Virus record (IMG/VR): IMGVR_UViG_3300023049_000005
Span: 62,001-126,000 of that record
Reading direction: 5' to 3' (one strand)
Length of the DNA stretch: 64,000 nucleotides
The notes under the pieces are model-generated. The model had not been told where the DNA came from, searched no databases, and worked only from the letters and a program-made list of their open reading frames with translations. Each line of letters opens with the position of its first letter. Position 1 is the stretch's first letter. Position numbers and translations under genes: made by a program. Shown piece after piece: positions 1 to 10,599 of the stretch.

Positions 1-122
1 CCTAAAGAAAACATCATCATAATTAAATTTCTTTCCTATCATGTACTATATATAATTTTTTTGATCTTATCTAAACAATATTAGATCTCTTTAATATATA
101 TTGTTAAAACCTTTATAAACAA

Positions 123-590
123 TTGGAAAGAAAATGGGATAATATAGAATATGTTTTTCTTAAAAAGAAAAAAGCTAATGGTTTTCCTAATGGTCGAGAG
201 ATCGGGGAAAAGCTAAAGGTTCTTGGTGTGTCCTATAGTAAGAACTATACATGTTTAATAATTAAAGGCAATAAAAATAATAACGATAGTTTCAAAATTC
301 ATGAATCTTATGTAGATAATATAGCTGAGAAAAGAAATGATACTATTGTTTCCATCTTAACAGAAGGTCTAATATATTATTCTGATCATAAAAGACATCT
401 AATTTGTTATCCGTATAGTATAGAGAATCTACATCTAATGGCAGAAGATTTACAGATAAACAATTGTTGGTTTCACAAAGATCATTATGATATACCCAAA
501 AGAAGGATATCAGAGATAGCAAAAAAGACGGTGAATATTAGTAGTAAAGATATCGTAAGAATAATAAATGGAGAAAAATTATTTGTTTGA
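123..590 (+). CDS. hypothetical protein, C-terminal part DUF4031-like
   Basis: HLI..LH.MA..L.....WF..DHYDI pattern resembles DUF4031; start uncertain (TTG). Confidence 0.4.
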   Translation: MERKWDNIEYVFLKKKKANGFPNGREIGEKLKVLGVSYSKNYTCLIIKGNKNNNDSFKIHESYVDNIAEKRNDTIVSILTEGLIYYSDHKRHLICYPYSIENLHLMAEDLQINNCWFHKDHYDIPKRRISEIAKKTVNISSKDIVRIINGEKLFV

Positions 591-914
591 TTTCTTGATA
601 AGATCAATGAGTGAATAAACACAATCCCCCTCATATCTTTTCTTGTCCATCCTAGATATAGCCACGGCTATTTTATCTTCATAATATACATCAAAGACTT
701 CGCCTTCTACATTTATTCTAATATTTCCCATGGTCTATATATTACAGATTAACAACCACAAAGTCTAATTTTTTGTATAAGATTCCAAGTACAGTTAGCT
801 GTATATTCCTCACTTGTTTCGGGATCTTTTGCTGTGATACTATCAGAAGTTTCTTCTGATATTTCGTATATCTTATTATCTATGGTTATGCTAATTGTCA
901 TATCTTTATTGTTT

Positions 915-1196
915 TTAATCGGCATCTTCTATAGTAACAGAAAGACCCTGAGCTTGTAATTTTAATTTGATTTTCTTTAAATGGTCATCACTACCCTCAC
1001 ATACTCTAGTCTTTCCTTTATAGTGGACTTGTAACGTATGCTGCCATGCTGTTTCTTTATCCATCTTACAGATTTTGATAAGACAGCTATGTACGTGATC
1101 GAACGTATTGTAGTCATCGTTGTGTAGAATCACAACCTTTGGTCTACCCGTACTATCTTTAGTCTTTGACTTCTTTTTGGTAATTGTCTTTTCCAT
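915..1196 (-). CDS. clpS: Clp protease adaptor ClpS
   Basis: VILHNDDYNTFDHV...L....M....A....LQVHYKG ClpS signature. Confidence 0.9.
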   Translation of the reverse strand: MEKTITKKKSKTKDSTGRPKVVILHNDDYNTFDHVHSCLIKICKMDKETAWQHTLQVHYKGKTRVCEGSDDHLKKIKLKLQAQGLSVTIEDAD

Positions 1197-1230
1197 AACT
1201 TAATATATATTACAAAAGTAATTAAAAAAA

Positions 1231-1647
1231 ATGAAATTCATAAAAAAGATCAACGAATATTATAATAGTAGTGAACATTACTCACATAGTGATGAATATG
1301 GCTCAATAGAAGGCATAGTACATTATGATGAAGAAAAGGTGAGAAATAGATTTAGTAAAATGAGAGTTGATCCAAATGATTATATAGATGAGTTATTTTA
1401 CCCTGTTGCTTTTTTAAATAATATCAATATTAATGAAGAACATAGAAACAAAGGAGTTGGTGGTGCTATGTACTTTGATTTCGAATCTTTTTGTGAATTC
1501 AATGGGATAGAAAATATTGTATTAGAAGCCGATTTATTAGAAGCACAACAGGAAGGATTCGACCTGACTAAATGGTATAAGAAATTAGGTTTCGAAACAA
1601 TAGGGGAAACTAGCGACAATCCTATTATGGTCAAGTATTTAAGTTAA
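1231..1647 (+). CDS. GNAT-family acetyltransferase with capsid-targeting-like N-terminus
   Basis: RNKGVGG acetyl-CoA motif, WYKKLGF; N-terminus MKFIKKINEY. Confidence 0.8.
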   Translation: MKFIKKINEYYNSSEHYSHSDEYGSIEGIVHYDEEKVRNRFSKMRVDPNDYIDELFYPVAFLNNININEEHRNKGVGGAMYFDFESFCEFNGIENIVLEADLLEAQQEGFDLTKWYKKLGFETIGETSDNPIMVKYLS

Positions 1648-2098
1648 GGAACATCTTATTCAATTCTTTTTTATAATCAGAATATCGAATTACTATTGAA
1701 AACTTGAATGTCGCAGGATTTACATAATATATATCTCTTATAGAATATTTTGATAAATCTCTACGAAATATCATAAAATTCTCATAAGTTATCTTCTCTA
1801 AGCAGATAGAATTATATTTATACTGAAAATAATCAGTATGATCAAACTCAATATTATATATCTCTGAATAATTTTCTATACGGACAGTATACTTAAACTC
1901 AAATGTTATATCCTCAATATCCTCAAGATATTTCTCATCTAAATCGCTACTTTTTCTTGAGATAGTGCCATCTTTTTTATGTATAACTATGGTTTTCTTA
2001 GGTGCTTTGGTTTTAAATGCATCCTGATCCTTTATCCTTTTATCGATATCATCTTTAAAAGTAGACTGAAAACCTTAAACTATTTCTTTATTTAACAT
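1631..2098 (-). pseudogene. unannotated 155-codon frame with an in-frame TAA at codon 8
   Basis: MLNKEIV*GFQSTFKDD...NLNT*; TAA at 2075-2077; TATATTTG promoter 4 nt upstream of the ATG. Confidence 0.55.
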
Positions 2099-2102
2099 GG
2101 TG

Positions 2103-2130
2103 CAAATATAATAAAAGTTTCTTATATTTG
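2103..2130. promoter_or_regulatory. divergent Bacteroidota-type -7 promoters (TAnnTTTG)
   Basis: TATATTTG on + at 2123-2130 and on - at 2103-2110, each 4 nt from an ATG. Confidence 0.7.
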
Positions 2131-2134
2131 TCAA

Positions 2135-2440
2135 ATGGAATTAGATTTTGATAAACCTATATTTGTGTACTATACATCTGATATAAATGTTGGTATAGAT
2201 GCGTGTAAAAAAATGGCAGATGCAGGAATGCAAGTTATACTTGTTCAATTATCTAGTAATTCTTATACCGATGGGTTAGATTGTGTGTACGGTGGGAAGT
2301 ATCATAATAGAGAAAGGGATATACATAAAATAGAACAAGCCATTCTTTTGGGTAAAGATATGGATATTACTAAAAAACTAAAGGAATTGAAAAAGGTTTT
2401 AAATAGGAATATGTTGATCGAAAATATTTTAGAAGAATAA
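2135..2440 (+). CDS. hypothetical protein, C-terminal RxxxIxxIL motif family
   Basis: ends RNMLIENILEE. Confidence 0.7.
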   Translation: MELDFDKPIFVYYTSDINVGIDACKKMADAGMQVILVQLSSNSYTDGLDCVYGGKYHNRERDIHKIEQAILLGKDMDITKKLKELKKVLNRNMLIENILEE

Positions 2441-2442
2441 TT

Positions 2443-2973
2443 ATGGAATATTTACAATACATAGGAAATATTATACTTGGGATAACCATAGCTACGATTT
2501 ATGTTATGTGTATATATATAAGAAAACTCAAAGTAGATAAAAGGGAATTAAAAAAATCAGTGAACATAGATATGGATGAGTATGAGGGATTGATTATTAA
2601 GTATGAAAAGTTAAAAGAAGACTATTCTGATCTCATTAAAGAGAGAGATAAACTAAAAGTTTATATCGGAGTAGTGAACGAAAAAGAATTCGGAATATTA
2701 AGTCACACATTGGTTAGAACCCACGAAGACGAAACAGAAAAAAAGGTTCATTTCGATTTTGAATTTAAAGTAGTAAAACGAGGACAGGACAAAGTTAAAA
2801 TTGAAATTACTGATTATAAATCAAGCTCTGAGGATAAAAGGGGGTCTTTATTTAAAAGGTGTCAGAGTATAGTTAATGGTTGGTATGATATAAATGATCC
2901 TGAAATAACATGGATAGAACCCGATAAAACAACACAAAGAGATTTTAGAATTGATAATATTTTATCAGAATAA
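2443..2973 (+). CDS. membrane-anchored coiled-coil protein, C-terminal motif family
   Basis: N-terminal TM helix; ends RDFRIDNILSE. Confidence 0.7.
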   Translation: MEYLQYIGNIILGITIATIYVMCIYIRKLKVDKRELKKSVNIDMDEYEGLIIKYEKLKEDYSDLIKERDKLKVYIGVVNEKEFGILSHTLVRTHEDETEKKVHFDFEFKVVKRGQDKVKIEITDYKSSSEDKRGSLFKRCQSIVNGWYDINDPEITWIEPDKTTQRDFRIDNILSE

Positions 2974-2990
2974 ATTATTATATTTGTAGG

Positions 2991-3293
2991 ATGGTAACTA
3001 AAAAGAAAAAATTTTACTTAGGGGAAGTTAAATTACCTGTAACAAAGTGTAAGAAACCTTCGTTCAGTGATCATAGAGGTAGGACTTGGGATACAGGTTC
3101 TATTTTCATCGATGGTGAAAAAGTGGATGCGCATTTAGATACTACTTGGGGGGAATATATTTATTTCCAATATGATGAAAAAAATCTATGGCACAAAGTA
3201 AAAATGACATCTAATTATATAGATGACTTAAAGGGGAATAAATGGGATGTGAATCCTGTGGATACAATTAAATCACAGATTACTACCAAATAA
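2991..3293 (+). CDS. hypothetical protein
   Basis: ORF with TATATTTG 4 nt upstream. Confidence 0.6.
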   Translation: MVTKKKKFYLGEVKLPVTKCKKPSFSDHRGRTWDTGSIFIDGEKVDAHLDTTWGEYIYFQYDEKNLWHKVKMTSNYIDDLKGNKWDVNPVDTIKSQITTK

Positions 3294-3340
3294 AATAGTC
3301 TTTTTTAAAACAATACTATAAAGAAAATATATAACGTTGA

Positions 3341-4990
3341 ATGAAATTATTAGATAAAGACCTCCAAGATTATAAGCTTCGTGACCTCCAAGAAGAGTGT
3401 TTAGATTTTATGTTCGATACACTGAACCATGATGAAACAAAAAAATTCTTTCTGTTAGACCTACCTACGGGTACGGGTAAATCAATATTAGCATTAAAGT
3501 TTATCCAACAATATTTAAAAATGGATAGTGATTCTAGATTTGATTTATTAACAGAATCTAAGATATTACAAAACCAATACGCAGAGGAATTTAATTCTAT
3601 TTCCAATCTTTGGGGAAGGAATACCTACCAATGTTCACAATTCAATTGTTCTTGTGAAGAAGGGAAAGAATTTCAGGTGATTTCTAAAAGCAAATGCGAG
3701 AATTGTCCATATGATAATTCGAGAGAAGCTTTTATGAGTGGTAGGATATCATTGACTAATTTTCATATGTTTACATTGATGTCAATGAATAATCTTTTGG
3801 ATAGAAGAGAAAGTAATATTCTTATAGTAGATGAAGCACACCAACTCGAAACGGTTGTGTCAGACTTCATTTCAGTAACTATTTCACATAATATATTAAA
3901 CGGTGTTTTCGAAGATCCTGATAAGATCCTTAATAGTATGAAAGATTTAGTTACGATAGACGACTTTATAGAATATTGTAAAAATGTTCTATTGAGAAAG
4001 GTTCAGACTAAAATGGGGCAATTGGAATTAAGTCTTAAAAAATCAGACAAAAGAGTATTACAAAGAGAACTTAACATTAATGAGATACTAGGAGAAGACG
4101 GCAACCAAGAAGTCGAAACAAGTAAGACTATCAATAAACTCAGATCTATTGAATCTAAATTATCTAACCTTATAGAAGAATATAACGACAACGGAGATAA
4201 TTGGGTATTACAAACTGAATATGATGAAAAGAATAGAAGGAAGATAGTTATCCAACCTATATGGGCATATCCATTCTTCGATAAATATATTTGGAAGAAG
4301 TATGATAAGGTTATCTTAATGAGTGGTACTATACTTGATAAAAAAATGTTTTGTTATATAAATGGTATCAATGAAAATTTTGCAGCGTATTATAGGATCA
4401 ATTCGCCCTTTCTAGTAAAAAACAGACCTATATATTATATGCCAATTGGTAAAATGACATATAAAGAAAAACAAGATACTTTTAAGAAATATGTACCTGT
4501 CTTGAAAAAAATACTAAGTAAGTATAAAAACAAGAAGGGTATCATACATACAGTTACGTTCGAAATACAAAATTGGGTAGTTGATGCGCTGAAATCACCA
4601 AGGCTTCTACCACATGATTCTTCACAGAAATCTAAGAAATATGCTTTGAAGCAACACTATACATCTAACCAAGCAACAGTATTAGTAAGTCCAAGTATGT
4701 CAACGGGTATTGATTTAAAGGATTCGAGAGCTAGATTTCAAGTATGTATGAAAGTACCATACCCATCATTAGCAGACTTCAAGAATAAGAAGAGAAATGA
4801 AACAAATCCCAATTGGTATCAATGGCAAACCATATGTAAATTTATTCAAATGTATGGTAGAGCGGTTAGAAACGAAAATGATAAATCAGATTTTATCATA
4901 TTGGATCAGTCATTTTCTAATATATTATCTAGGGGATCACATTTTATCCCGCAATGGATACAAGATGCAATAAAAACAGTTAAACTATGA
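3341..4990 (+). CDS. DinG/XPD-family SF2 helicase
   Basis: PTGTGKS Walker A, DEAH, Cys cluster (Fe-S-like), SGT, GID, QMYGRAVR. Confidence 0.9.
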   Translation: MKLLDKDLQDYKLRDLQEECLDFMFDTLNHDETKKFFLLDLPTGTGKSILALKFIQQYLKMDSDSRFDLLTESKILQNQYAEEFNSISNLWGRNTYQCSQFNCSCEEGKEFQVISKSKCENCPYDNSREAFMSGRISLTNFHMFTLMSMNNLLDRRESNILIVDEAHQLETVVSDFISVTISHNILNGVFEDPDKILNSMKDLVTIDDFIEYCKNVLLRKVQTKMGQLELSLKKSDKRVLQRELNINEILGEDGNQEVETSKTINKLRSIESKLSNLIEEYNDNGDNWVLQTEYDEKNRRKIVIQPIWAYPFFDKYIWKKYDKVILMSGTILDKKMFCYINGINENFAAYYRINSPFLVKNRPIYYMPIGKMTYKEKQDTFKKYVPVLKKILSKYKNKKGIIHTVTFEIQNWVVDALKSPRLLPHDSSQKSKKYALKQHYTSNQATVLVSPSMSTGIDLKDSRARFQVCMKVPYPSLADFKNKKRNETNPNWYQWQTICKFIQMYGRAVRNENDKSDFIILDQSFSNILSRGSHFIPQWIQDAIKTVKL

Positions 4991-5258
4991 GCGAGAGCGA
5001 AGTAACAAACTTATTATCAAAATATAATCAAATACAGATGTTAGTATGGTGGGTGAACCGATATACTAAGAATAAAGCTGCATCTAATTTCGATGGTAGA
5101 TCAGGTGAATTTATAATAAAAGTTTACGAAGATGCTCAATCAACAAAAGCAAAAACAATATATAAGATAGAGAACATGTGGGTTAAAGCAGAAAGTATTG
5201 TATTAAAAGAGATGCGAGATATAACCCAACAGTTACTCATAATAAAAGAACAGAATTC

Positions 5259-5729
5259 ATGAACATTTTAAAGTTTTTCAGGTGGCAAGGATTTAAGAAA
5301 GTTCCTAAGAAATACTTTACACAAGAATCGTTCGCTTATAGTGTTGAACACAGGGAATGTTGGAGTGAATATAACGGACTTCGAGAAGATCTTAGTAAAA
5401 TTTGGTTCGAAATAAAAGAAGTTAGTAAACGTGAAGCAGAAGGATATAGGAGAACAGCAAGACTCTTGTTTGATCCTGTTAGGCACAATTGTCTTAGTTT
5501 ACAACTAAACGAAAAGGAAATAGTATATATATTCTGTAATAATCAAATGTCATATTCTATATTAATGATAAATAACGAAGATGGGATTTTCACAAGGGCG
5601 TATGAATTTATGTTAGAAGATCACGGAACAGAAAACTCATTTAACAAAAATTTAAAATCTGTAATTGGTACAACAAGATACAGAGATTATGTATTAACTC
5701 AAATTTTTAAAAAAGAAGAAAAGGTATGA
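5259..5729 (+). CDS. hypothetical protein, C-terminal motif family
   Basis: RDYVLTQIF near C-terminus. Confidence 0.6.
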   Translation: MNILKFFRWQGFKKVPKKYFTQESFAYSVEHRECWSEYNGLREDLSKIWFEIKEVSKREAEGYRRTARLLFDPVRHNCLSLQLNEKEIVYIFCNNQMSYSILMINNEDGIFTRAYEFMLEDHGTENSFNKNLKSVIGTTRYRDYVLTQIFKKEEKV

Positions 5730-6649
5730 ACACAAAGGTATTTAGTTTAAAGAATTCAAGAGAGATCGGAAAGAAGATCACAAACATCGATTTGATGACA
5801 ACAAAACAATTCTCTGATGGAGAAATAAAAGTCGAAATCGAAGAAAGCGTTAGAAGTAATAGGGTGTTTGTTATTGGGTCACTAACTACCTCTGATGATA
5901 TTATCGAATTAATGATGGTGGGTGATGCTTTAAGAAGGGCAAGCGCAAAAGAAATTATTGCAGTCGTTCCTTACTTAGCCTATATGCGTCAGGATAGAAA
6001 GGATAAACCTAGAACAGCAATCGGTTCTAAAGTGATGGCAAATATGATCGAGATCTATTATGATCAAATCATCACTATGGATTTACACTCAACACAAATC
6101 GAAGGATTCTTTAATATACCTGTTACGCATATTAATTGTGCTACAATATTTGAAATCTATATTAGAAAAAACTTTGACCTTAGTAACGTGATCATTGTTT
6201 CTCCTGATGTTGGGGGGGCAAAAAGAGCAAAGAAGTTGAGTTCAAAAATGGGGCTTCCATTGGCTATTATTAACAAAGAGAGAAAGATAGCTAATGAAAT
6301 ATCTTCTATGGAATTAATAGGTGATGTTAATAGTAAAGATGTGATCATATTAGATGATATGGTTGATACTGCAGGTTCTTTATGTAAAGCAAGCGATTTG
6401 TTAATTGAAAACGGTGCGAATAAGGTTTGGGGTTGTGCAACACATGGTGTTTTATCAGGGGAAGCACATAATAGAATATTAAATTCGAGTTTAGAGAAAT
6501 TAATTTGCACTGATACTATTAAGATAAAAGATAATGAAAAGATAGAGATACTAAGCTGTTCAGACCTAATTAAGAAAACTATTGAAACTATTGAGAGTGG
6601 AAATAGTATAAATAGTTTAGTAAATGATGAAACTTTTCTCGTTAATTAG
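5726..6649 (+). CDS. prs: ribose-phosphate pyrophosphokinase
   Basis: FSDGE, PYLAYMRQDR, DLHS.QI.GFF, VSPDVGG, DDMVDTAGS. Confidence 0.97.
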   Translation: MNTKVFSLKNSREIGKKITNIDLMTTKQFSDGEIKVEIEESVRSNRVFVIGSLTTSDDIIELMMVGDALRRASAKEIIAVVPYLAYMRQDRKDKPRTAIGSKVMANMIEIYYDQIITMDLHSTQIEGFFNIPVTHINCATIFEIYIRKNFDLSNVIIVSPDVGGAKRAKKLSSKMGLPLAIINKERKIANEISSMELIGDVNSKDVIILDDMVDTAGSLCKASDLLIENGANKVWGCATHGVLSGEAHNRILNSSLEKLICTDTIKIKDNEKIEILSCSDLIKKTIETIESGNSINSLVNDETFLVN

Positions 6650-6722
6650 TAAACTTTTTTAAAACTATATATATAATATATGATAATAGCAAATAATAGC
6701 ACAAAAAATAGCAAAAAACCGA

Positions 6723-7583
6723 ATGAATAAATCCAACGAAAGTTATCTATTTAACATAGAACAAAAAGCAAGAATGTTCAAAGAAAAGACAAAAAAGGAT
6801 TTTTCGGATTTCTACGAAAAATATTTCCCTAAATTAGTTTTCTACAACAACAACATTTTAAAAGACGAAGAAGCAGCAAAAGACATCGCAACAGATGTGA
6901 TGCTTAAATCTCTTTATAAAATCGATGATTATGATCCTAACAAAGCAAGGTTTTCTACATGGTTGTTTACCATCTCAAAAAACGAGTGTTTTCAATACAA
7001 AAAGAATCAAGCTGATAAATTAATATCAGTTGATAAATTTGTTGATGATGATGGAACTACTATTAAAGACTTCTTAAATGATTCATCTCTTGAAGACGAA
7101 GAAATATTCCAATCGAAAGAATTAGACGATAAGAAAGGGATGATTCTAAAGGAAAGAATAAAACAATTAAAAGAACCATATAGAGAAGTTATCTCTTTAA
7201 GAGAGATCGAACTTAGATCTTATAGAGATATTACTATTATCATGAGAGAAGAAAATGAAATCGAAATCGATGATTCTTATTTCATTACTGATCATATATT
7301 ACATATGGTAGACCCTGAGAAGAAAGAAGATAATGAGTTAATCAAATTTCATACTATCGATAGTGTATTGGATAAATACGGAGATCCTGTTGAATTCACT
7401 ATATTAGATATAGATAAAGATGGTCTTATATCTTGTATAAAATTACCTAAGGGGGAATATACTATCATAGGTGAAACTCCATATAACATTAGTACTATAA
7501 AATCTCAAATAAGAAACGGAAGGAAACTTTTACAGAACGCTGTAAAGGAAGAATTTGAAATCTTGGATAAAACATTTCAATAA
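6723..7583 (+). CDS. ECF-type sigma-70 factor with an insertion in region 4
   Basis: region 2 (AKDIATD..L; FSTWLFTISKN) and region 4 (SYRDI...STIKSQIRNGR). Confidence 0.85.
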   Translation: MNKSNESYLFNIEQKARMFKEKTKKDFSDFYEKYFPKLVFYNNNILKDEEAAKDIATDVMLKSLYKIDDYDPNKARFSTWLFTISKNECFQYKKNQADKLISVDKFVDDDGTTIKDFLNDSSLEDEEIFQSKELDDKKGMILKERIKQLKEPYREVISLREIELRSYRDITIIMREENEIEIDDSYFITDHILHMVDPEKKEDNELIKFHTIDSVLDKYGDPVEFTILDIDKDGLISCIKLPKGEYTIIGETPYNISTIKSQIRNGRKLLQNAVKEEFEILDKTFQ

Positions 7584-7618
7584 ATATTCTATAGTATTTT
7601 ATTCTATCCTATCCAAGT

Positions 7619-7651
7619 AAAAAGACCCTACATTTCGATGTGGGGTCTTTT
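7619..7651 (+). terminator. intrinsic terminator
   Basis: AAAAGACCCTACAT-TTCG-ATGTGGGGTCTTTT. Confidence 0.8.
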
Positions 7652-7663
7652 AATATATAAGCT

Positions 7664-9430
7664 ATGTCAGAATTATCAAATATATATGATCCAAATACGT
7701 TTATAAAAGAAGTTAGAGATAATCGTTATATACAGATCCAAGATGTGTATGGTGAGGTGGATTTTACTATTGATTACCTTTATTTTTCTTCTGCTATACC
7801 AAACGGTAGATTTTTAACAGTAATTAAAACAGATGAAACTTCTATAAAATTACAATTCACTTCAAGTTCAAAAACAATAACAGGGCTTAATAAACTATTA
7901 GACTTAATAGGAAAGCTCAAAAAGGGTACATATAATCCTACTCCTACGACATCTACAACCGAAACACAAGTTCTTGATTACTCTACTATGTACTCTAGTA
8001 GTAACTTCATAAAAGAGATAGCCCAAGTCAAGTATATCCAAATACAAGATAGATTAGCATCAGAAGTAGTACATTCTATTGATTTTAGTAATGTAACAAC
8101 TACTTTAACACAAGGCAGGTTTGTTTTTATATATCAGACTAATGTAGATCTGATAACATTACAGTTTATATCGAACTCAGAAGCAATCACAGCACATAAC
8201 ATATTAAGGGAAACAATAGATCAGCTAAAAGATGGCACTTATGATAAAGTAAGCTCAACTACTATACACGAACCCACACCATTAGACTACTCTACTATGT
8301 ATTCTAGTAGTAACTTCATAAAAGAAGTATTCCAAGATAGGTATATCCAAATACAAGATAGATTAGCATCAGAAGTAGTACATTCTATTGATTATAATAT
8401 TGTTACTAGTACTTTATTACAAGGTAGGTTTGTAATAGTACAACAAACGAATATGGATTCTATATCATTACAGTTTATATCAAATTCAGAAGCAATTGCT
8501 GCACAAAACTTATTAAGGGAAACAATAGATCAACTAAAGGATGATACATATAGTAAAACTATCAGTGGGGCTACAACCGATACCATATCATTAGACTACT
8601 CCTCTATGTATCATAGTAGTAACTTTATAAAAGAAGTATTCCAAAACCAATATATTCAAATACAAGATAGGTTAGCAGACCAAGTAGTACATTCTATCGA
8701 TTTTAATAATATAACAACCACTTTAACACAAGGTAGATTTGTGTTCATATATCAAACTAATGTAGATCTGATAACATTACAGTTTATATCTAATTCTGAA
8801 TCTATTACTGCTCATACTATATTAAGAGAAACAATAGATCAACTAAAGGACAATACGTATAATAAAACTTCTACTATAATTGGTGGTGTTTTATATGACC
8901 CTAATACTTTTATCAATCAAATAGAATTCGAAGACTATTCTGTACAGTTAAGTGATATAAAAGGTAACATAACAGATTCTATTGTAGCAAGACAAGTAAC
9001 TACTGTGTTTACTAGTGAGAATTTTGTTAAAGTTAAATTTGAAGCAAGTGATGAATTAAAGAGTTATCAATTTGAAACGAGTTCTAAAGCAATAGAAGGG
9101 GCTGAGAAACTTAGAATAGCTATTAAAACAATCACTGATAAATTATCATCAGAGGGTGATGGAAGTGGGGTACAAAGTTACAGCGAAGATTTCAATTCGA
9201 ATATATGGAAATTAGATCCTCCTGTAGATTTCTCTATGAGTTCTTTTAATTTAGATTATTATGAATTAGTATGTCCTGATGGATCTAATACTTGTGCCGA
9301 TGCAGATATTGTGAAACAAAGGTGTAGGGGCTTAGTAGAGATAATAGGGAACGAAGATACTGACGTATTATCTTATATTAATATTTACTTCAATCAAACA
9401 GTTAAAGGTAGAGCAATATTAATCGGATAA
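7664..9430 (+). CDS. late repeat-containing protein, possibly a virion protein
   Basis: about five 103-aa repeats; AATATATA motif 4 nt upstream. Confidence 0.7.
   Translation: MSELSNIYDPNTFIKEVRDNRYIQIQDVYGEVDFTIDYLYFSSAIPNGRFLTVIKTDETSIKLQFTSSSKTITGLNKLLDLIGKLKKGTYNPTPTTSTTETQVLDYSTMYSSSNFIKEIAQVKYIQIQDRLASEVVHSIDFSNVTTTLTQGRFVFIYQTNVDLITLQFISNSEAITAHNILRETIDQLKDGTYDKVSSTTIHEPTPLDYSTMYSSSNFIKEVFQDRYIQIQDRLASEVVHSIDYNIVTSTLLQGRFVIVQQTNMDSISLQFISNSEAIAAQNLLRETIDQLKDDTYSKTISGATTDTISLDYSSMYHSSNFIKEVFQNQYIQIQDRLADQVVHSIDFNNITTTLTQGRFVFIYQTNVDLITLQFISNSESITAHTILRETIDQLKDNTYNKTSTIIGGVLYDPNTFINQIEFEDYSVQLSDIKGNITDSIVARQVTTVFTSENFVKVKFEASDELKSYQFETSSKAIEGAEKLRIAIKTITDKLSSEGDGSGVQSYSEDFNSNIWKLDPPVDFSMSSFNLDYYELVCPDGSNTCADADIVKQRCRGLVEIIGNEDTDVLSYINIYFNQTVKGRAILIG
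7973..8899 (+). repeat. three tandem 309-bp intragenic repeats
   Basis: LDYS.MY.SSNFIKE units start at 7973, 8282 and 8591. Confidence 0.85.
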
Positions 9431-9754
9431 TAGTTCATCTATCAATGCATCCCTTTTAATCTTAACGGGTAAACTATTTACTTTTTTACAAAATCTATCA
9501 TATGTATCCATATCATAATACCCTGATTTATAATAGTTCATATCTCTTTTACTTAACCAACCATATTTATTTCTTATATCGTTGAATTCATCATGATGGA
9601 TAGAGTTAACAATAGTATATAAAAGCCTTAGCAAATCAATATGTTTATTGATCAATTCATCATTGGAAGTATTATATTTCTCGGCTTGTCTAATATAAGC
9701 CTTTATTGATCTTCTGTATTTATTCCAAAGTTTTCTTTTCTCTTGTCTGTTCAT
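9419..9754 (-). CDS. hypothetical protein, C-terminal motif family
   Basis: ends RDALIDELLSD; TATATTTG 5 nt upstream. Confidence 0.7.
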   Translation of the reverse strand: MNRQEKRKLWNKYRRSIKAYIRQAEKYNTSNDELINKHIDLLRLLYTIVNSIHHDEFNDIRNKYGWLSKRDMNYYKSGYYDMDTYDRFCKKVNSLPVKIKRDALIDELLSD

Positions 9755-9768
9755 AAAGACAAATATAA

Positions 9769-10503
9769 CTATTTTTTTGCTTTAATAATAGTATCGATAA
9801 ACGAATCTTTCATTTCCTCTCTTTTCTTTATGATCCTAAAGTCAAGGAATATATAAAACAGTAATAGTAATACTATCATAAAATAAGCAATTAAGTATGT
9901 TTTAAAATAAATATTCTGTGTTTGTATCTCCTCTTCTATTATAACAACTTGTTTATTGATATTGGATTCTATTTGGTTTAGTAATAAATCAATGTTTTCC
10001 ACAATAGTTATATTAACATACGGTGAACCTATAATATATTGATTAGTATATCCGTCATACTCTTTTAAGTGTAGTATATTAGTTAGGTGAATTTCCTTTC
10101 TTTTTAATAGATAATTAATGTTTTTAAGAATACTTCGATCTAAGCCCTTTGATATTTCAAAATCTTTTAGTAGGGATTTCCTGTACTTAGATACAACATA
10201 TCTATAATTTGAGACTAATAATCTTTTGTTATTATATAACCCACCATCTCCGTTAGTATCATTATATAATATAGTTTGTTCTTTGGTTAAAAATAAAATA
10301 GATCTACTTTTAATTTCACTCATTTCACTATTAAGCCTGATTATTTCTTTTTGTTGAGCCTCAATTTGATTAACACTTCTATCATATATCGTATTCAACA
10401 CTAAGGTTGACGTAGAAAATACTACTAATAATATAGCTATTTTAACACTTAAAAGGTTCTTTACCCTAAGGTAATTCCTTATCTTTTTTATCCATTTTAT
10501 CAT
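9769..10503 (-). CDS. two-TM membrane protein with a helical extracytoplasmic domain
   Basis: hydrophobic helices near both ends flanking a helical region. Confidence 0.6.
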   Translation of the reverse strand: MIKWIKKIRNYLRVKNLLSVKIAILLVVFSTSTLVLNTIYDRSVNQIEAQQKEIIRLNSEMSEIKSRSILFLTKEQTILYNDTNGDGGLYNNKRLLVSNYRYVVSKYRKSLLKDFEISKGLDRSILKNINYLLKRKEIHLTNILHLKEYDGYTNQYIIGSPYVNITIVENIDLLLNQIESNINKQVVIIEEEIQTQNIYFKTYLIAYFMIVLLLLFYIFLDFRIIKKREEMKDSFIDTIIKAKK

Positions 10504-10530
10504 ATATTATATATTAAATTTGAAAAAAAA

Positions 10531-10561
10531 TTTGGTAATTAAATAAACTTTATTATATTTG
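10531..10561 (+). promoter_or_regulatory. Bacteroidota housekeeping-sigma promoter for the tRNA operon
   Basis: TTTG (10531-34), 19-nt spacer, TATATTTG (10554-61); a late-type AATATATA also lies at 10587-94. Confidence 0.8.
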
Positions 10562-10599
10562 CACTCTATAAGGAAAAGAAAACTTTAATATATAAGAAA

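Noticed and set aside
7973-8899. 309-bp repeats as a diversity-generating retroelement TR/VR pair
   Set aside because: Differences are not adenine-specific, all units are in one ORF, and no reverse transcriptase is in the window
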